Assembly (NCBI GenBank): GCA_016928775.1
Contig: JAFGKD010000078.1
Coordinates: 45,396 to 109,395 of the forward strand
Length of the DNA: 64,000 nucleotides
Direction of reading: 5' to 3'
From: Candidatus Zhuqueibacterota bacterium
Lineage (GTDB): Bacteria; Zhuqueibacterota; Zhuqueibacteria; Residuimicrobiales; Krinioviventaceae
Part shown: one piece after another, positions 31,588 to 41,130 of the stretch
Position numbering within the stretch: the first letter of the stretch is position 1
Layout: the number at the start of each line of letters is the position of its first letter
Notes under the pieces: generated by a model
The model's database searches: none
What the model was told of the DNA's origin: nothing
What the model saw: the letters and a program-made list of their open reading frames with translations, nothing else
Position numbers and translations under genes: made by a program

Positions 31588-32130
31588 CTATTCTGGAATA
31601 TTATGGGCAATTTTTGCCCACGCTTTCGCATAGTTAAATGGCCGATACGTAGGGCTTTCCTCGTTGTGGCAGGTCAAGCAGGTTGCTTCATCACCTTTAT
31701 TGAATTCAACCTCTTTGGGATCTTGCGTGCCATCTCGTAAAGCCTTCATGACTTGCATGGATTTATAGAGGGATCCCGGACCGTGGCATGCTTCACAGCC
31801 GACACCTTCGTCAAATGAGAAATCAGCGGCCAATCTCGCCGCAGGGGCACCATGCGCCGTAACATGGCATTTCAAGCATTTATCCGCCTGCGTCGGATCA
31901 TTGATCCCCATCTTTTGCGCTATCGCCATTGATTGTTCGGATTTTAACGTTTCAAATGCTTTTATATGCGGACCATTGGACCATTTACCCCATTGATCAC
32001 CACGGCTGGGGCTTTTGTGGCAAATCATACATTTATGTGCGCCAATATAGTGTGCGTCGCCAGCTGCCAAAAATGTAACGATTAATGTCCATGTGCCAAC
32101 AACAGCACAAAGTGCCACCTTTTTATTCAT
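31588..32130 (-). CDS. Periplasmic tetraheme cytochrome c (c554-like)
   Basis: Signal peptide and four CxxCH motifs (CMICH, CLKCH, CEACH, CLTCH); YIG..KC and GVGCEACHGPGS pattern. Confidence 0.9.
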   Translation of the reverse strand: MNKKVALCAVVGTWTLIVTFLAAGDAHYIGAHKCMICHKSPSRGDQWGKWSNGPHIKAFETLKSEQSMAIAQKMGINDPTQADKCLKCHVTAHGAPAARLAADFSFDEGVGCEACHGPGSLYKSMQVMKALRDGTQDPKEVEFNKGDEATCLTCHNEESPTYRPFNYAKAWAKIAHNIPE

Positions 32131-32296
32131 GCTGCCTCCATGCGTCACCCTAGGTTTGTTTTAGATTTAATTAATTTCAAGCAGAAATGCAACAAAATAT
32201 TGGCACTAAATTTTTGACAGCATCTTTTGCATTTTTTATGTATATTTAAACTCTTTAAATGCAAGCAAGCGTTATTTACAAAAAGGAACTTTTTCC

Positions 32297-33778
32297 ATGT
32301 CAAAGCAAGATCCATTGATGGACAAACTGGTTTCCATGTGCAAGCGTCGTGGCTATATTTACGGTTCAAGCGAAATATATGGTGGCTTGTCGGCTGTGTA
32401 TGATTACGGTCCCCTCGGTAGCGAACTTAAAAGAAATATAAAAAATTTTTGGTGGAAGTGGATGGTGCAGAAGCGCGACAATATCGTTGGATTGGATGCC
32501 GCCATTCTTATGCATCCGCGCGTCTGGGAAGCCTCTGGTCACGTCGCTGGTTTCCAGGATCCGCTCGTCGATTGCAAGGTGACAAAAATACGCTACCGCG
32601 CGGATCAGGTCTTTGTTCTGAAACCCAAAGACAGCGCCGACAGTCGGCTCATGTTTGCGTTTAAAGAGGGTGATGACGAAGAGGCAGAAAAAAAAGTACA
32701 AAAAATCGCCAAAGCCGATCCAGCGACCTATGAAAAAGTTCTGCTGACCACTATTCCCGTGCAAGAATATGTACATATAGTTGGGCCGAACATGAGGGAG
32801 CCGGGGTCGCTCACTGAACCCCGGCAGTTCAACCTGATGTTTAAAACGCATGTCGGTCCGATGGAGGACAGCGCCAGCGTCGTCTATATGCGTCCCGAAA
32901 CAGCCCAGGGCATTTACGTTAATTTTAACAACGTGGTCAACTCGACGCGCGTCAAGGTACCGTTCGGCATTGCGCAAATCGGCAAAGCCTTTCGCAATGA
33001 AATCACAACGGAAAATTATATTTTCAGAACACGCGAATTCGAGCAAATGGAAATGCAGTTTTTTGTGCGCCCGGGAACGGATATGGAATGGTTCGAGATA
33101 TGGAAGCAGGATCGCATCGACTATTACAAAAAGCTTGGCATTCGACAGGAAAAGCTTCGGTTTCATCAACATGGCGAAGGTGAGTTGGCACACTACGCGG
33201 CGGCCGCCTTTGATATTCAATACGAGTTTCCTTTTGGCTGGAAGGAACTCGAAGGTATCCACAATCGCACCGACTATGATCTGAAACGCCATCAGGAATA
33301 TTCAGGCAGGGATCAAACGTATTTTGATGACGAAATCAAGGAAAAATATATCCCCTATGTTGTCGAGACATCTGCCGGTTGTGATCGCACATTACTGACC
33401 GTTCTGGTCGATGCCTTTGAGGAGCAGCAGCTGGAAGATGACAAACGAACAGTCCTGCACCTGCATCCTGTTTTGGCGCCAATCAAGGCGGGAGTATTTC
33501 CATTAGTGAAAAAAGAAGGTCTGGCGGAAATCGCACAAAAGCTGGCACAAGACCTCAAACAGCACTATCCGGTTTTTTACGATGAAGGTGGAGCCGTTGG
33601 TCGTCGCTATCGTCGCCAGGACGAGATTGGTACACCCTATTGCTTTACCATTGACTTTCAAACAAAAGAGGATAATACCGTCACCGTGCGCGATCGCGAT
33701 TCCATGCAGCAAGAGCGCATCCAAATTGATGATGTCTTTGCGTATCTCTTTAAAAAGATCGAAAAAGGTGAGTCATAG
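32297..33778 (+). CDS. glyQS: Glycine--tRNA ligase, alpha2 type
   Basis: SEIYGG, DYGPLG, FNLMF, RPETAQG, FRTREFEQME, GRRYRRQDEIGTP. Confidence 0.97.
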   Translation: MSKQDPLMDKLVSMCKRRGYIYGSSEIYGGLSAVYDYGPLGSELKRNIKNFWWKWMVQKRDNIVGLDAAILMHPRVWEASGHVAGFQDPLVDCKVTKIRYRADQVFVLKPKDSADSRLMFAFKEGDDEEAEKKVQKIAKADPATYEKVLLTTIPVQEYVHIVGPNMREPGSLTEPRQFNLMFKTHVGPMEDSASVVYMRPETAQGIYVNFNNVVNSTRVKVPFGIAQIGKAFRNEITTENYIFRTREFEQMEMQFFVRPGTDMEWFEIWKQDRIDYYKKLGIRQEKLRFHQHGEGELAHYAAAAFDIQYEFPFGWKELEGIHNRTDYDLKRHQEYSGRDQTYFDDEIKEKYIPYVVETSAGCDRTLLTVLVDAFEEQQLEDDKRTVLHLHPVLAPIKAGVFPLVKKEGLAEIAQKLAQDLKQHYPVFYDEGGAVGRRYRRQDEIGTPYCFTIDFQTKEDNTVTVRDRDSMQQERIQIDDVFAYLFKKIEKGES

Positions 33779-33800
33779 CAATCCGATCCAGGCCGGACTG

Positions 33801-35063
33801 TTATTCTTCCGGCACTGTGGATCTATTTTGTTCACTTTCTTCCTTTTCCTCATTTTCCATTGCTTCACGCAGCCGCTGTAAAATTTCCAGCATGCGCTGT
33901 CGTTCCGCCTGTATTCGCTGCTCCCGTTCCTCATCATTTTCGATGATTTGTTGGCTGTCCCTGTCTTTTAGTTGTTGTTCAAGCTCTTTTAGATCATTTT
34001 CCCTTTGTTTTCTTGTTTCTTTATCTCTCTTGTTTTCTTCTTCCGGCACCTCGGTTGTAGCTGGTGTAGCAGTCTCTGCTGCGGGTGCAGCGGGCGGCTT
34101 GCCTTCCTTGAGGCGAAAACTGAGGCCAAAATTAAAGCGCCAGTTTGGCATATTGGGCAGGTTATCCCACTGCTTTTCAACTGACGCTCCATTTTCGCTT
34201 TCATAGGCTGTTTTATCCTGCCATCCCTGCAGCATCAAATCAGCGCTGGCAAAAACCTGGATATAAGGATTAAATTGATAAATGATACCGGGGGTGAAAT
34301 AGACATAATTTTCGCGCGTATAGGCCGTTTCAGGTGGCTCCTGAAGAAAATAACAACCATAAACTTCGGCAAAAAGGCCTAACTTTTTGCCTTTTAGGCG
34401 AGCCTGCGAGCCAAAGAGCATCTCCTGAGTTGGCGATTGAACCGTCACCGGGTCGTTTTCTTTATTCGAAATGGTTAATCCTTTATCATTATGAGTGAAC
34501 CAACCGGCATTGAGGTGCCAGGCAAATCCATAATCGGGCTGAGACGGTCGTGCCAGCGATAAAAGCCCCATCGCCCCATACCCGAGGGCATCCGCCGAAT
34601 AGGGATGCAGCGGAATATTGTGATGCTCAGCGACCGGCAGTCGAACATCAAATTGCACGGCCAATCGAAAGGGTGCCTTACGCGGGCCAACAGATCCGAA
34701 TTTGACATGCAACAACATGTCACCCGGGGAATCGCTGTCTTGTGGTGGGTCTTCCAGATGGTGCTTTTGCGACAAAATTGGCGTGAAGCCAAGTTGCCAA
34801 TGATGCGTCATGCCCCAATACAAGGTGGCGCTCAGTTGAGAATCCCATACAATCACCTCCGACTCTTGGCGATTTTTGCTCACTTTATCCGTGGCAGAAT
34901 AAAAGCGTCCCTGTCCCAATACATAGAGTCCACCCTTGTATATGTTCCAGGCTGAACCAACATGTATCGGCCCGGTTTCATGGCGCGCGCTAAAAGCGCA
35001 AAGCTTCAAGGAAAGTAAAAGTGAAACGAAATAAATTACTGTAATTCGATTTCTAAAGGTCAC
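33801..35063 (-). CDS. Hypothetical exported beta-barrel-like protein with a charged coiled-coil tail
   Basis: Signal peptide, amphipathic strands up to WRFNFGLSF, a Pro/Ala/Thr linker, then an E/K/R/Q-rich tail. Confidence 0.65.
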   Translation of the reverse strand: MTFRNRITVIYFVSLLLSLKLCAFSARHETGPIHVGSAWNIYKGGLYVLGQGRFYSATDKVSKNRQESEVIVWDSQLSATLYWGMTHHWQLGFTPILSQKHHLEDPPQDSDSPGDMLLHVKFGSVGPRKAPFRLAVQFDVRLPVAEHHNIPLHPYSADALGYGAMGLLSLARPSQPDYGFAWHLNAGWFTHNDKGLTISNKENDPVTVQSPTQEMLFGSQARLKGKKLGLFAEVYGCYFLQEPPETAYTRENYVYFTPGIIYQFNPYIQVFASADLMLQGWQDKTAYESENGASVEKQWDNLPNMPNWRFNFGLSFRLKEGKPPAAPAAETATPATTEVPEEENKRDKETRKQRENDLKELEQQLKDRDSQQIIENDEEREQRIQAERQRMLEILQRLREAMENEEKEESEQNRSTVPEE

Positions 35064-35420
35064 TTGCCCTCACGTCATTCGCTTGTGACAAAAAATAAAC
35101 TTTTGCACTGTTACGTATTGTCAGAAATATTTACCAAAAATAACACTATACTTTAAGCAAAATTAATACCAGAGTCAAGATTGAAAAATAGTCGCTTTCG
35201 CAAGACTGCGAAAATATTTCATAGCGAATATGGGCCATGACGTCTTGATGAAAAATATGTACACGTAGTAAGCTGTAAAATAGTCGTTTGCCGAAATTGT
35301 ATACAGTGCTGTTTTCGGCACGCAATTTGAATTGTTTATAATTTTCCTGGCATAAAGGGCGTTTGATAGCAAAAATAAAAGTAAAAAAGTTCGCACAGTT
35401 ATTCGTCTAATAAATAAACA

Positions 35421-38183
35421 ATGAGGGAAAAGATGAAATTTTGGACGATCTGTTTTATTGTCGCTTTATGCAGCGTCGCGACCGCAGATATGCTTGCCGA
35501 TATCACCCAACCGGTGGAAACACCCTTTGGAACCTATGTGCCAAAACTTGTGACATGCGAACCGCAGGCACCCGCCTGTCAGCCGGGCGATCATCTTGAG
35601 CGCGTTGTCAATCTTGGCGATTTTGAATTCTCTGAAATGGAATTGGCCGCCCTGAAAAAAAATCACTTTGTCGTTTTGCCCGCTGTTCGGGCGGATGGGT
35701 CCGGCTATAACGAGATTTTTGATCTTTACAATGAATGCCGTGAATTGGGCCTGCCGCAATTTATCACCACAGATGCCATGTTACACGGCTTTCATCTAAT
35801 GTTTGATTATATTTTACGCACCTGCGAAGAGGAACGCTTTATAATACAGTTGGGCGATCTGTTGGCAGCCATGCAGACCCTCTCGACAAGTCAATACGAG
35901 CAGGCAACTGACAAGCGTGTCCGCGAGGCGATTTTTCGCAATCGGGATTATTTATTGGTCGCGTCGCAACTGCTCAATCCACAAACCTATCCAACTGATC
36001 CACTCCCCGAAGGCAACTATGGCAAGGAACTCGAGCTCATCAACAAAGCTGAAGTGCAACTCGTCGAATCTCCCATATTTGGTTACCCGGAGGATTACAC
36101 GCAATACAAGCCGCGTGGCCACTATACCAAAAATCAGGAACTGCAGCGATATTTTCGCGCCATGATGTGGCTCGGCCGCATGACGTTTTCCTGTGAAGAT
36201 GACTCTGATTATGCATTAGACATGACGCTGAGCGCACTATTGCTCACCCAGGCGATATCGCAGGTCAACATCTCTGATGAGAATGGGCTACAGATCTGGG
36301 ATAATATCTATCAACCCACCGTGTTTTTTGTTGGCAAAAGCGATGATATCAATTTTCCACAATACCTGCCGATCTGTTACGATATCTATGGCAAAAGTTT
36401 TCCAATTTATCCCCCGGATACGTTTGCGGACGAAACGAAACTCAAGCAATTTTTAGCTGCCACTGCAGATTTCCCCGCAGCGGCTATCGGTTACCCCGGG
36501 CAGCCGACAAAAGGATTCCGCTTTATGGGGCAACGCTTTGTCCCAGATTCATGGGTACTCGATGAGCTCGTCTACAATAAAATCCCCTTTCGCTTAATGC
36601 CGACCGGCCTCGATGTGATGATGGTTTTGGGTCATGCGAAGCAGGCACAATCCGAGTGGGCATTCCAATACCTGTCGGAACGCGATAAACAAGATAACAC
36701 TTATGTCGCGAAACTCGATACCTTAAAATCACTTTTTCACGGTTACACAGACAACGTGTGGGCGCAAAACGCCTATTGGAACTGGCTCTATTGTCTGATG
36801 CCTTTGCTGATGCCAAAAGGTGAGGGGTATCCGTGGTTTATGCAAACAAATTCGTGGCGCGACAAAGATTTGCATGCGGCGTTGGCGTCATGGGCAGAGC
36901 TGCGACACGACACCATTCTTTATGTCAAACAGAGCGGCACTGAACGCGGTCTGCCGCCATCGGCAGTCGAAAGCCAGGGTTATGTCGAACCCAATCCACA
37001 TCTCTATGCGCGACTGTCTGCCTTGGCTGATTTTATGCACGTCGGTTTGGCGAGCAGAGATGTGCTTTTTGACAATTTCGCAAGACATTTAACCTTGTTT
37101 GCTACATTGGCGGATGAGTTGAAAACCATCTCGGAAAAAGAATTGACCAACATTCCGCTCTCAAGTGATGATTATCTGACTATATTTGAATTCGGCAAAA
37201 CGCTATACGATATTGTCACCTTTCAATTAGAAATACCGAGCGAAGGACCACAGATCGGCGGAATGGAAAATGTCGATCCCATGCCCGTCATCGCTGATGT
37301 ACATTACGATTCAAATAGTGGCCAGGTGCTTGAAGAAGCGGTGGGTTTTCCATATGCGATCTATGTGATCTGCGACGTTGAGGGCCAGCCGACAATCGTC
37401 AAAGGCGCGGGATTCTCCTATTACGAGTTCACGCAACCCGCACACAATCGACTGACCGATGAACAATGGCGCGATATGCTGGAGACGGGAACAAATCCAC
37501 CGCCACCACACTGGACAGCCTCTTTTTGCACCCGCCAAACGCACGTTTTGCAAAGCACAAGCTTTTTTGAATGGAAAAAGCCTGAAACATTAGGGCTTTT
37601 GCATGACCTTCCGGAGACGGTGCGCGAAGGGGCATCGCTTGTCTTCAGCTTTTCCATAAATGATGACCGGGCCTCTGATGTGCCGATTGTGCATGTGATA
37701 GATGCGGAAGGTTTTGAGAGACACATGCCCGTCCAGCGTGATGCCGCCAGGAATCGCTGGAGCGTGACGTCGGAAACCGACGGATGGCCGCTCGGTATCA
37801 CCTACATCGAGATTGAAAAAGGCAGCGGTGAACACAAGCTCTATTATCGAATGCACTTTGTTCTGGGTCACTCGACCATCGCTCCAAAACCTAATGGCAT
37901 ACCGGCACAGTTTGCGCTTTCGCAAAACTATCCGAACCCCTTTAATCCGCAGACCTTTTTTAAAATCGAACTACCGAGGGAGGCCTTTATATCTTTGCGA
38001 GTGTTTGACATTCGCGGGCGCAAGGTTCGAACCTTGGTGTCATCGGTGCAGCCGGCGGGCCAGTACATCGTGCCATGGGATGGCACAGACGACGCCGGAA
38101 ATTCGCTCACCAGCGGCATCTACTACTATCAGATGCAGGCGGATCGTTTCAGTGATGTGAAACGCATGATATTGCTCAGATGA
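35421..38183 (+). CDS. Secreted DUF3160 protein with C-terminal sorting domain
   Basis: FITTDAMLH, DYTQYKPRGHY, FRFMGQRF, SWAELRHDTILY.KQ, GYVEP, IADVH, SYYEF, RLTDEQW; tail QNYPNPFNP. Confidence 0.88.
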   Translation: MREKMKFWTICFIVALCSVATADMLADITQPVETPFGTYVPKLVTCEPQAPACQPGDHLERVVNLGDFEFSEMELAALKKNHFVVLPAVRADGSGYNEIFDLYNECRELGLPQFITTDAMLHGFHLMFDYILRTCEEERFIIQLGDLLAAMQTLSTSQYEQATDKRVREAIFRNRDYLLVASQLLNPQTYPTDPLPEGNYGKELELINKAEVQLVESPIFGYPEDYTQYKPRGHYTKNQELQRYFRAMMWLGRMTFSCEDDSDYALDMTLSALLLTQAISQVNISDENGLQIWDNIYQPTVFFVGKSDDINFPQYLPICYDIYGKSFPIYPPDTFADETKLKQFLAATADFPAAAIGYPGQPTKGFRFMGQRFVPDSWVLDELVYNKIPFRLMPTGLDVMMVLGHAKQAQSEWAFQYLSERDKQDNTYVAKLDTLKSLFHGYTDNVWAQNAYWNWLYCLMPLLMPKGEGYPWFMQTNSWRDKDLHAALASWAELRHDTILYVKQSGTERGLPPSAVESQGYVEPNPHLYARLSALADFMHVGLASRDVLFDNFARHLTLFATLADELKTISEKELTNIPLSSDDYLTIFEFGKTLYDIVTFQLEIPSEGPQIGGMENVDPMPVIADVHYDSNSGQVLEEAVGFPYAIYVICDVEGQPTIVKGAGFSYYEFTQPAHNRLTDEQWRDMLETGTNPPPPHWTASFCTRQTHVLQSTSFFEWKKPETLGLLHDLPETVREGASLVFSFSINDDRASDVPIVHVIDAEGFERHMPVQRDAARNRWSVTSETDGWPLGITYIEIEKGSGEHKLYYRMHFVLGHSTIAPKPNGIPAQFALSQNYPNPFNPQTFFKIELPREAFISLRVFDIRGRKVRTLVSSVQPAGQYIVPWDGTDDAGNSLTSGIYYYQMQADRFSDVKRMILLR

Positions 38184-38236
38184 GCGCGCTCCCCTTCATC
38201 AAAGCAGGTCAATCACCTGCAGAAGCTTTGCAGGAA

Positions 38237-38722
38237 TCAAGACAGCTTGTAGCCGATGTCGCGTAAAAACTGCTTGCGTTCCTTGATATCATCCGCTGTT
38301 TCGACGCCAAGAGTACTTTCACCATCAATCACACCGAGTACTCCGCGTCCCTGTTTTGATTCGGCGATAATAACCTCGACCGGATTGGCTGTAGCACAGA
38401 AAAAACGCACAATTTCCGGCACATTCCACAAGGTTTTCAAAATATTAATCGGGAAAACATCCCGCAAAAATAAAATAAAAACATGGCCAGCGGCGATTTC
38501 ACTCACATTTTTTACTGCGAGATCAACCAGTTCGTCATCCGTGCCGGTGTAGCGCACAAGGCGCGGCCCGGATGATTCGCAGAACGCAAAGCCAAACTTG
38601 ATGCCCGGAATAGCGCCAACGAGCGCTTCGTGTACATCTTCGCAGGTTTTAATAAAATGGGTCTGGCCGAGAACAAAGTTATAGTCGTTAGGATTATCAA
38701 TTTTGACGGTTTGAAGTTCCAT
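38237..38722 (-). CDS. Adenosine-specific kinase / AMP-binding family protein
   Basis: GQTHFIKT.ED, FCESSG, AGHVF, CATANP, RGVLGVIDG, FLRDIGYK. Confidence 0.88.
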   Translation of the reverse strand: MELQTVKIDNPNDYNFVLGQTHFIKTCEDVHEALVGAIPGIKFGFAFCESSGPRLVRYTGTDDELVDLAVKNVSEIAAGHVFILFLRDVFPINILKTLWNVPEIVRFFCATANPVEVIIAESKQGRGVLGVIDGESTLGVETADDIKERKQFLRDIGYKLS

Positions 38723-38738
38723 GGCAAATCTCCATCGT

Positions 38739-39419
38739 TCAAGTGAATAACTCTAAAACAGAATTTTTGTCAGACAAATCGTGCAACAAAATGTCCGGCT
38801 CATATTGTGCCAGCTCATCAAATGGATGTGCAGCAGCAGCCACGGCGACGGACACCACGCCATGTGGTTTGGCGCACAAAACATCTGCCGGCGTGTCACC
38901 GATGACGTAAACATCATGCGGTCGAATATCAGAACCATATCTGTTCCTGAAACGCTGTATGGCAACCGGAACAAGTTCAGAGCGTTCAGGGGAATCATCA
39001 GAAAAAGCGCCAAAAGCAAAAAAAGGATTCAACTCAAAGTAATCCATTTTTATGCGCGCACTGCGCTGCCAATTGCCGGTCAGCAACGCGAGACAAATAT
39101 CAGGGTGACGATCAAGTTCGGGTATCAATTCCGCTATCCCCGGCATGAGTCTTTTTACATACCCGTTTGCATAGATTTCTTCGGCAATAAACTGAAAATA
39201 GATGGATTTAAATCTAGGTAAATCCTTGTCAGAAAAATCCAAACCGGCTCGGCCAAAAGCCTCCCTGACAATGAGGTCGTCTGTGCGGCCGGCGAGAGAA
39301 ATTCCGGCCATAACATCCGGACATCCATACAACTTTTCAAAAGCTCGATTCAGGCTGCGTATTCCGGCCCCGCCGGTATGGATGAGCGTTCCATCAATAT
39401 CAAAAAGCAATAATTTCAT
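38739..39419 (-). CDS. HAD-superfamily hydrolase (phosphoglycolate phosphatase-like)
   Basis: FDIDGTL, LLTGN, IGDTPAD. Confidence 0.9.
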   Translation of the reverse strand: MKLLLFDIDGTLIHTGGAGIRSLNRAFEKLYGCPDVMAGISLAGRTDDLIVREAFGRAGLDFSDKDLPRFKSIYFQFIAEEIYANGYVKRLMPGIAELIPELDRHPDICLALLTGNWQRSARIKMDYFELNPFFAFGAFSDDSPERSELVPVAIQRFRNRYGSDIRPHDVYVIGDTPADVLCAKPHGVVSVAVAAAAHPFDELAQYEPDILLHDLSDKNSVLELFT

Positions 39420-39749
39420 TGGCACTATCGTCAACCTCAACGCCGCAGGAAGGGCATTCTCGCATCGTTTTTATCCTCTCGTTCCTGGATATCCATTATA
39501 GAGAAAATCCCAAAAAATCACAAGTGAAAAGTAAAAGCACTGAAAAGCACATCTACAAAATTCGCAAAACATAAAAGACCTGCCAAAGAAAGAAACAATT
39601 TCAATATACGAGGTGTTACCATTGAGGTTTTTCCATTGGCACCCGTATCTGAGATTTTACCAAATAATCAATTATTTTCTTGTAACAACCATATAAATTC
39701 AACATATTATTGAATCATAATCATTTTTAAACAAAAGAAGGAGAGAGCA

Positions 39750-40511
39750 ATGAGAGTTGTTTTGTCGCTGTTGATGGTTCTGCTATTCGTTACCCTCACG
39801 AATGCCGAGACGGTCGAAGAGTATATCGCTGCTGGCGATGCGGCGCACGATGAATTTGATCACGAAACGGCGCTCAAAAATTATTCAGCCGCTTTTGCTG
39901 CGGATGCAACCAACTGCGAGGCGGCATGGAAAATCTCGCGCGCTTACGCCGATATTGGCGATGAAAAAGAAGGCAAAGAAGAGCGCACAAACTATTTTAA
40001 TAAAGCTGAAGAGTACGCTCGTAAAGCCATTGATCTTTGTCCGGACAGTGATATGGCGCATTTGTCGTTGTCCATCGCCATTGGACGAGTTGCGCTCATG
40101 GCCGGCAAAAAGGAGCAAGTGCAGCTCTCGCAGGCCGTGAAAGATGAGGCAGAAAAAGCCATTGCGCTCAATCCGGAGAATGATACTGCCCACCATGTGT
40201 ACGCGCGCTGGCACCGCAAAGTCGCGACATTGAGCGGTGTGTCCAAAACATTCGCCAAAATCTTGTACGGCGGCCTGCCACCAGCCAGTCTGGAAAAAGC
40301 TGAAGAGCATTTTAAAAAGGCTATTGCTTTAAAGCCGGACCACATCAATCATCATCTTGAACTCGGCATTACCTATGAGGAAATGAAGGAATGGAGCAAA
40401 GCCAACGCCGCCTATGAAAAGGTGGCAGCGCTGGAAGCAAAAGGCAACATGGAAAAAAAATACAAAGCTGAAGCCGCAGAACGACAAAAAAATATTGCGA
40501 ATAAATTGTAA
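39750..40511 (+). CDS. Secreted TPR protein (RMDN-like)
   Basis: GAAGGAG RBS, signal peptide, TPR helices (AWKISRAY.DIG, A.KAI.L.P, LYGGLP.AS.E.A...FKKAI.LKP). Confidence 0.8.
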   Translation: MRVVLSLLMVLLFVTLTNAETVEEYIAAGDAAHDEFDHETALKNYSAAFAADATNCEAAWKISRAYADIGDEKEGKEERTNYFNKAEEYARKAIDLCPDSDMAHLSLSIAIGRVALMAGKKEQVQLSQAVKDEAEKAIALNPENDTAHHVYARWHRKVATLSGVSKTFAKILYGGLPPASLEKAEEHFKKAIALKPDHINHHLELGITYEEMKEWSKANAAYEKVAALEAKGNMEKKYKAEAAERQKNIANKL

Positions 40512-40548
40512 AAAAAGATATAATTGTGCAACAGCCCGAACAATATTA

Positions 40549-40755
40549 TTCTTGGCGCACCCTTTGGCCGCAGCCCAATTACAAGCCACTGATGCACACG
40601 GATGAACACGGATTTTTCTACTTTGCTTCGAGAAAGCTTTGGGACTGGAGGCAAAAAACTGAAAATGAATGATATTATCTGTGTTTCATCCGTGAAAATC
40701 CGTGGCTTATAAACTTTGCTAAAAAAACACAATGTTGCAGATTTATAATACAGAT
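40549..40755 (+). repeat. Composite dispersed element, most complete copy (M3 + M1 + M2)
   Basis: M3 at 40551-40576. M1 at 40583-40708 has inverted arms AAGCCACTGATGCACACGGATGAACACGGAT / ATCTGTGTTTCATCCGTGAAAATCCGTGGCTT. M2 at 40711-40750. Confidence 0.9.
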
Positions 40756-40881
40756 TTTGAGCTTTATCAACAATGTCTGGTTTTTAATTGGGGAACAGAC
40801 GAGCTTTTCCGTCAATAAAAAAATACAATATTGTCATTTTGACTATTATTTCATCTTTTTTTGTACTTTTTGTGGGGTAAT

Positions 40882-40936
40882 TTACAATTTTTATAGAAAT
40901 TGTAAGCTTGCACAAGTCTATTATTCATTGTATATT
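40882..40936 (+). promoter_or_regulatory. Sigma70-type promoter of gltBD with an upstream palindromic operator
   Basis: TTGCAC (40908)-17 bp-TATATT (40931). Perfect inverted repeat TTACAATTT-N6-AAATTGTAA at 40882-40905. Confidence 0.6.
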
Positions 40937-41130
40937 ATTCGGCAATTTTGCTTGAGGGTGAAACGATCCTCAAGCTGTTCAGACAAATGGATCGATTTCT
41001 ATCGATCCCAAAAGACCGCGCAATACGCCCCTGACAACAACCTCGGCCGCGTGGCTCGCGGTCACTCAAAGAGAATGTAAAATTTTAGCTTATAACTTGA
41101 CGACTTTTGGGATACACGAGGAGATCGCGT

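Noticed and set aside
32570-32830. Extended insertion domain in GlyRS lacking the usual zinc cysteines (possible intein)
   Set aside because: It is short, has no intein motifs, and this region is known to vary among alpha2 GlyRS enzymes.
32366-33292. 308-aa antisense ORF inside glyQS (similarly 41737-42495, 45854-46633, 56912-57763, 62739-63524)
   Set aside because: Shadow ORFs opposite conserved genes, expected from codon bias; no recognisable motifs.
39636-39653. Sigma54-like box TTGGCACCCGTATCTGA upstream of the TPR gene
   Set aside because: The -12 element does not match at the required spacing.
40412-40732. Short ORFs over the repeats (also 9256-9465 and 62355-62600) sharing KSVFIRVH/KIRVHPC-like peptides
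   Set aside because: These are translations of the non-coding repeat and have no RBS or protein-family features.
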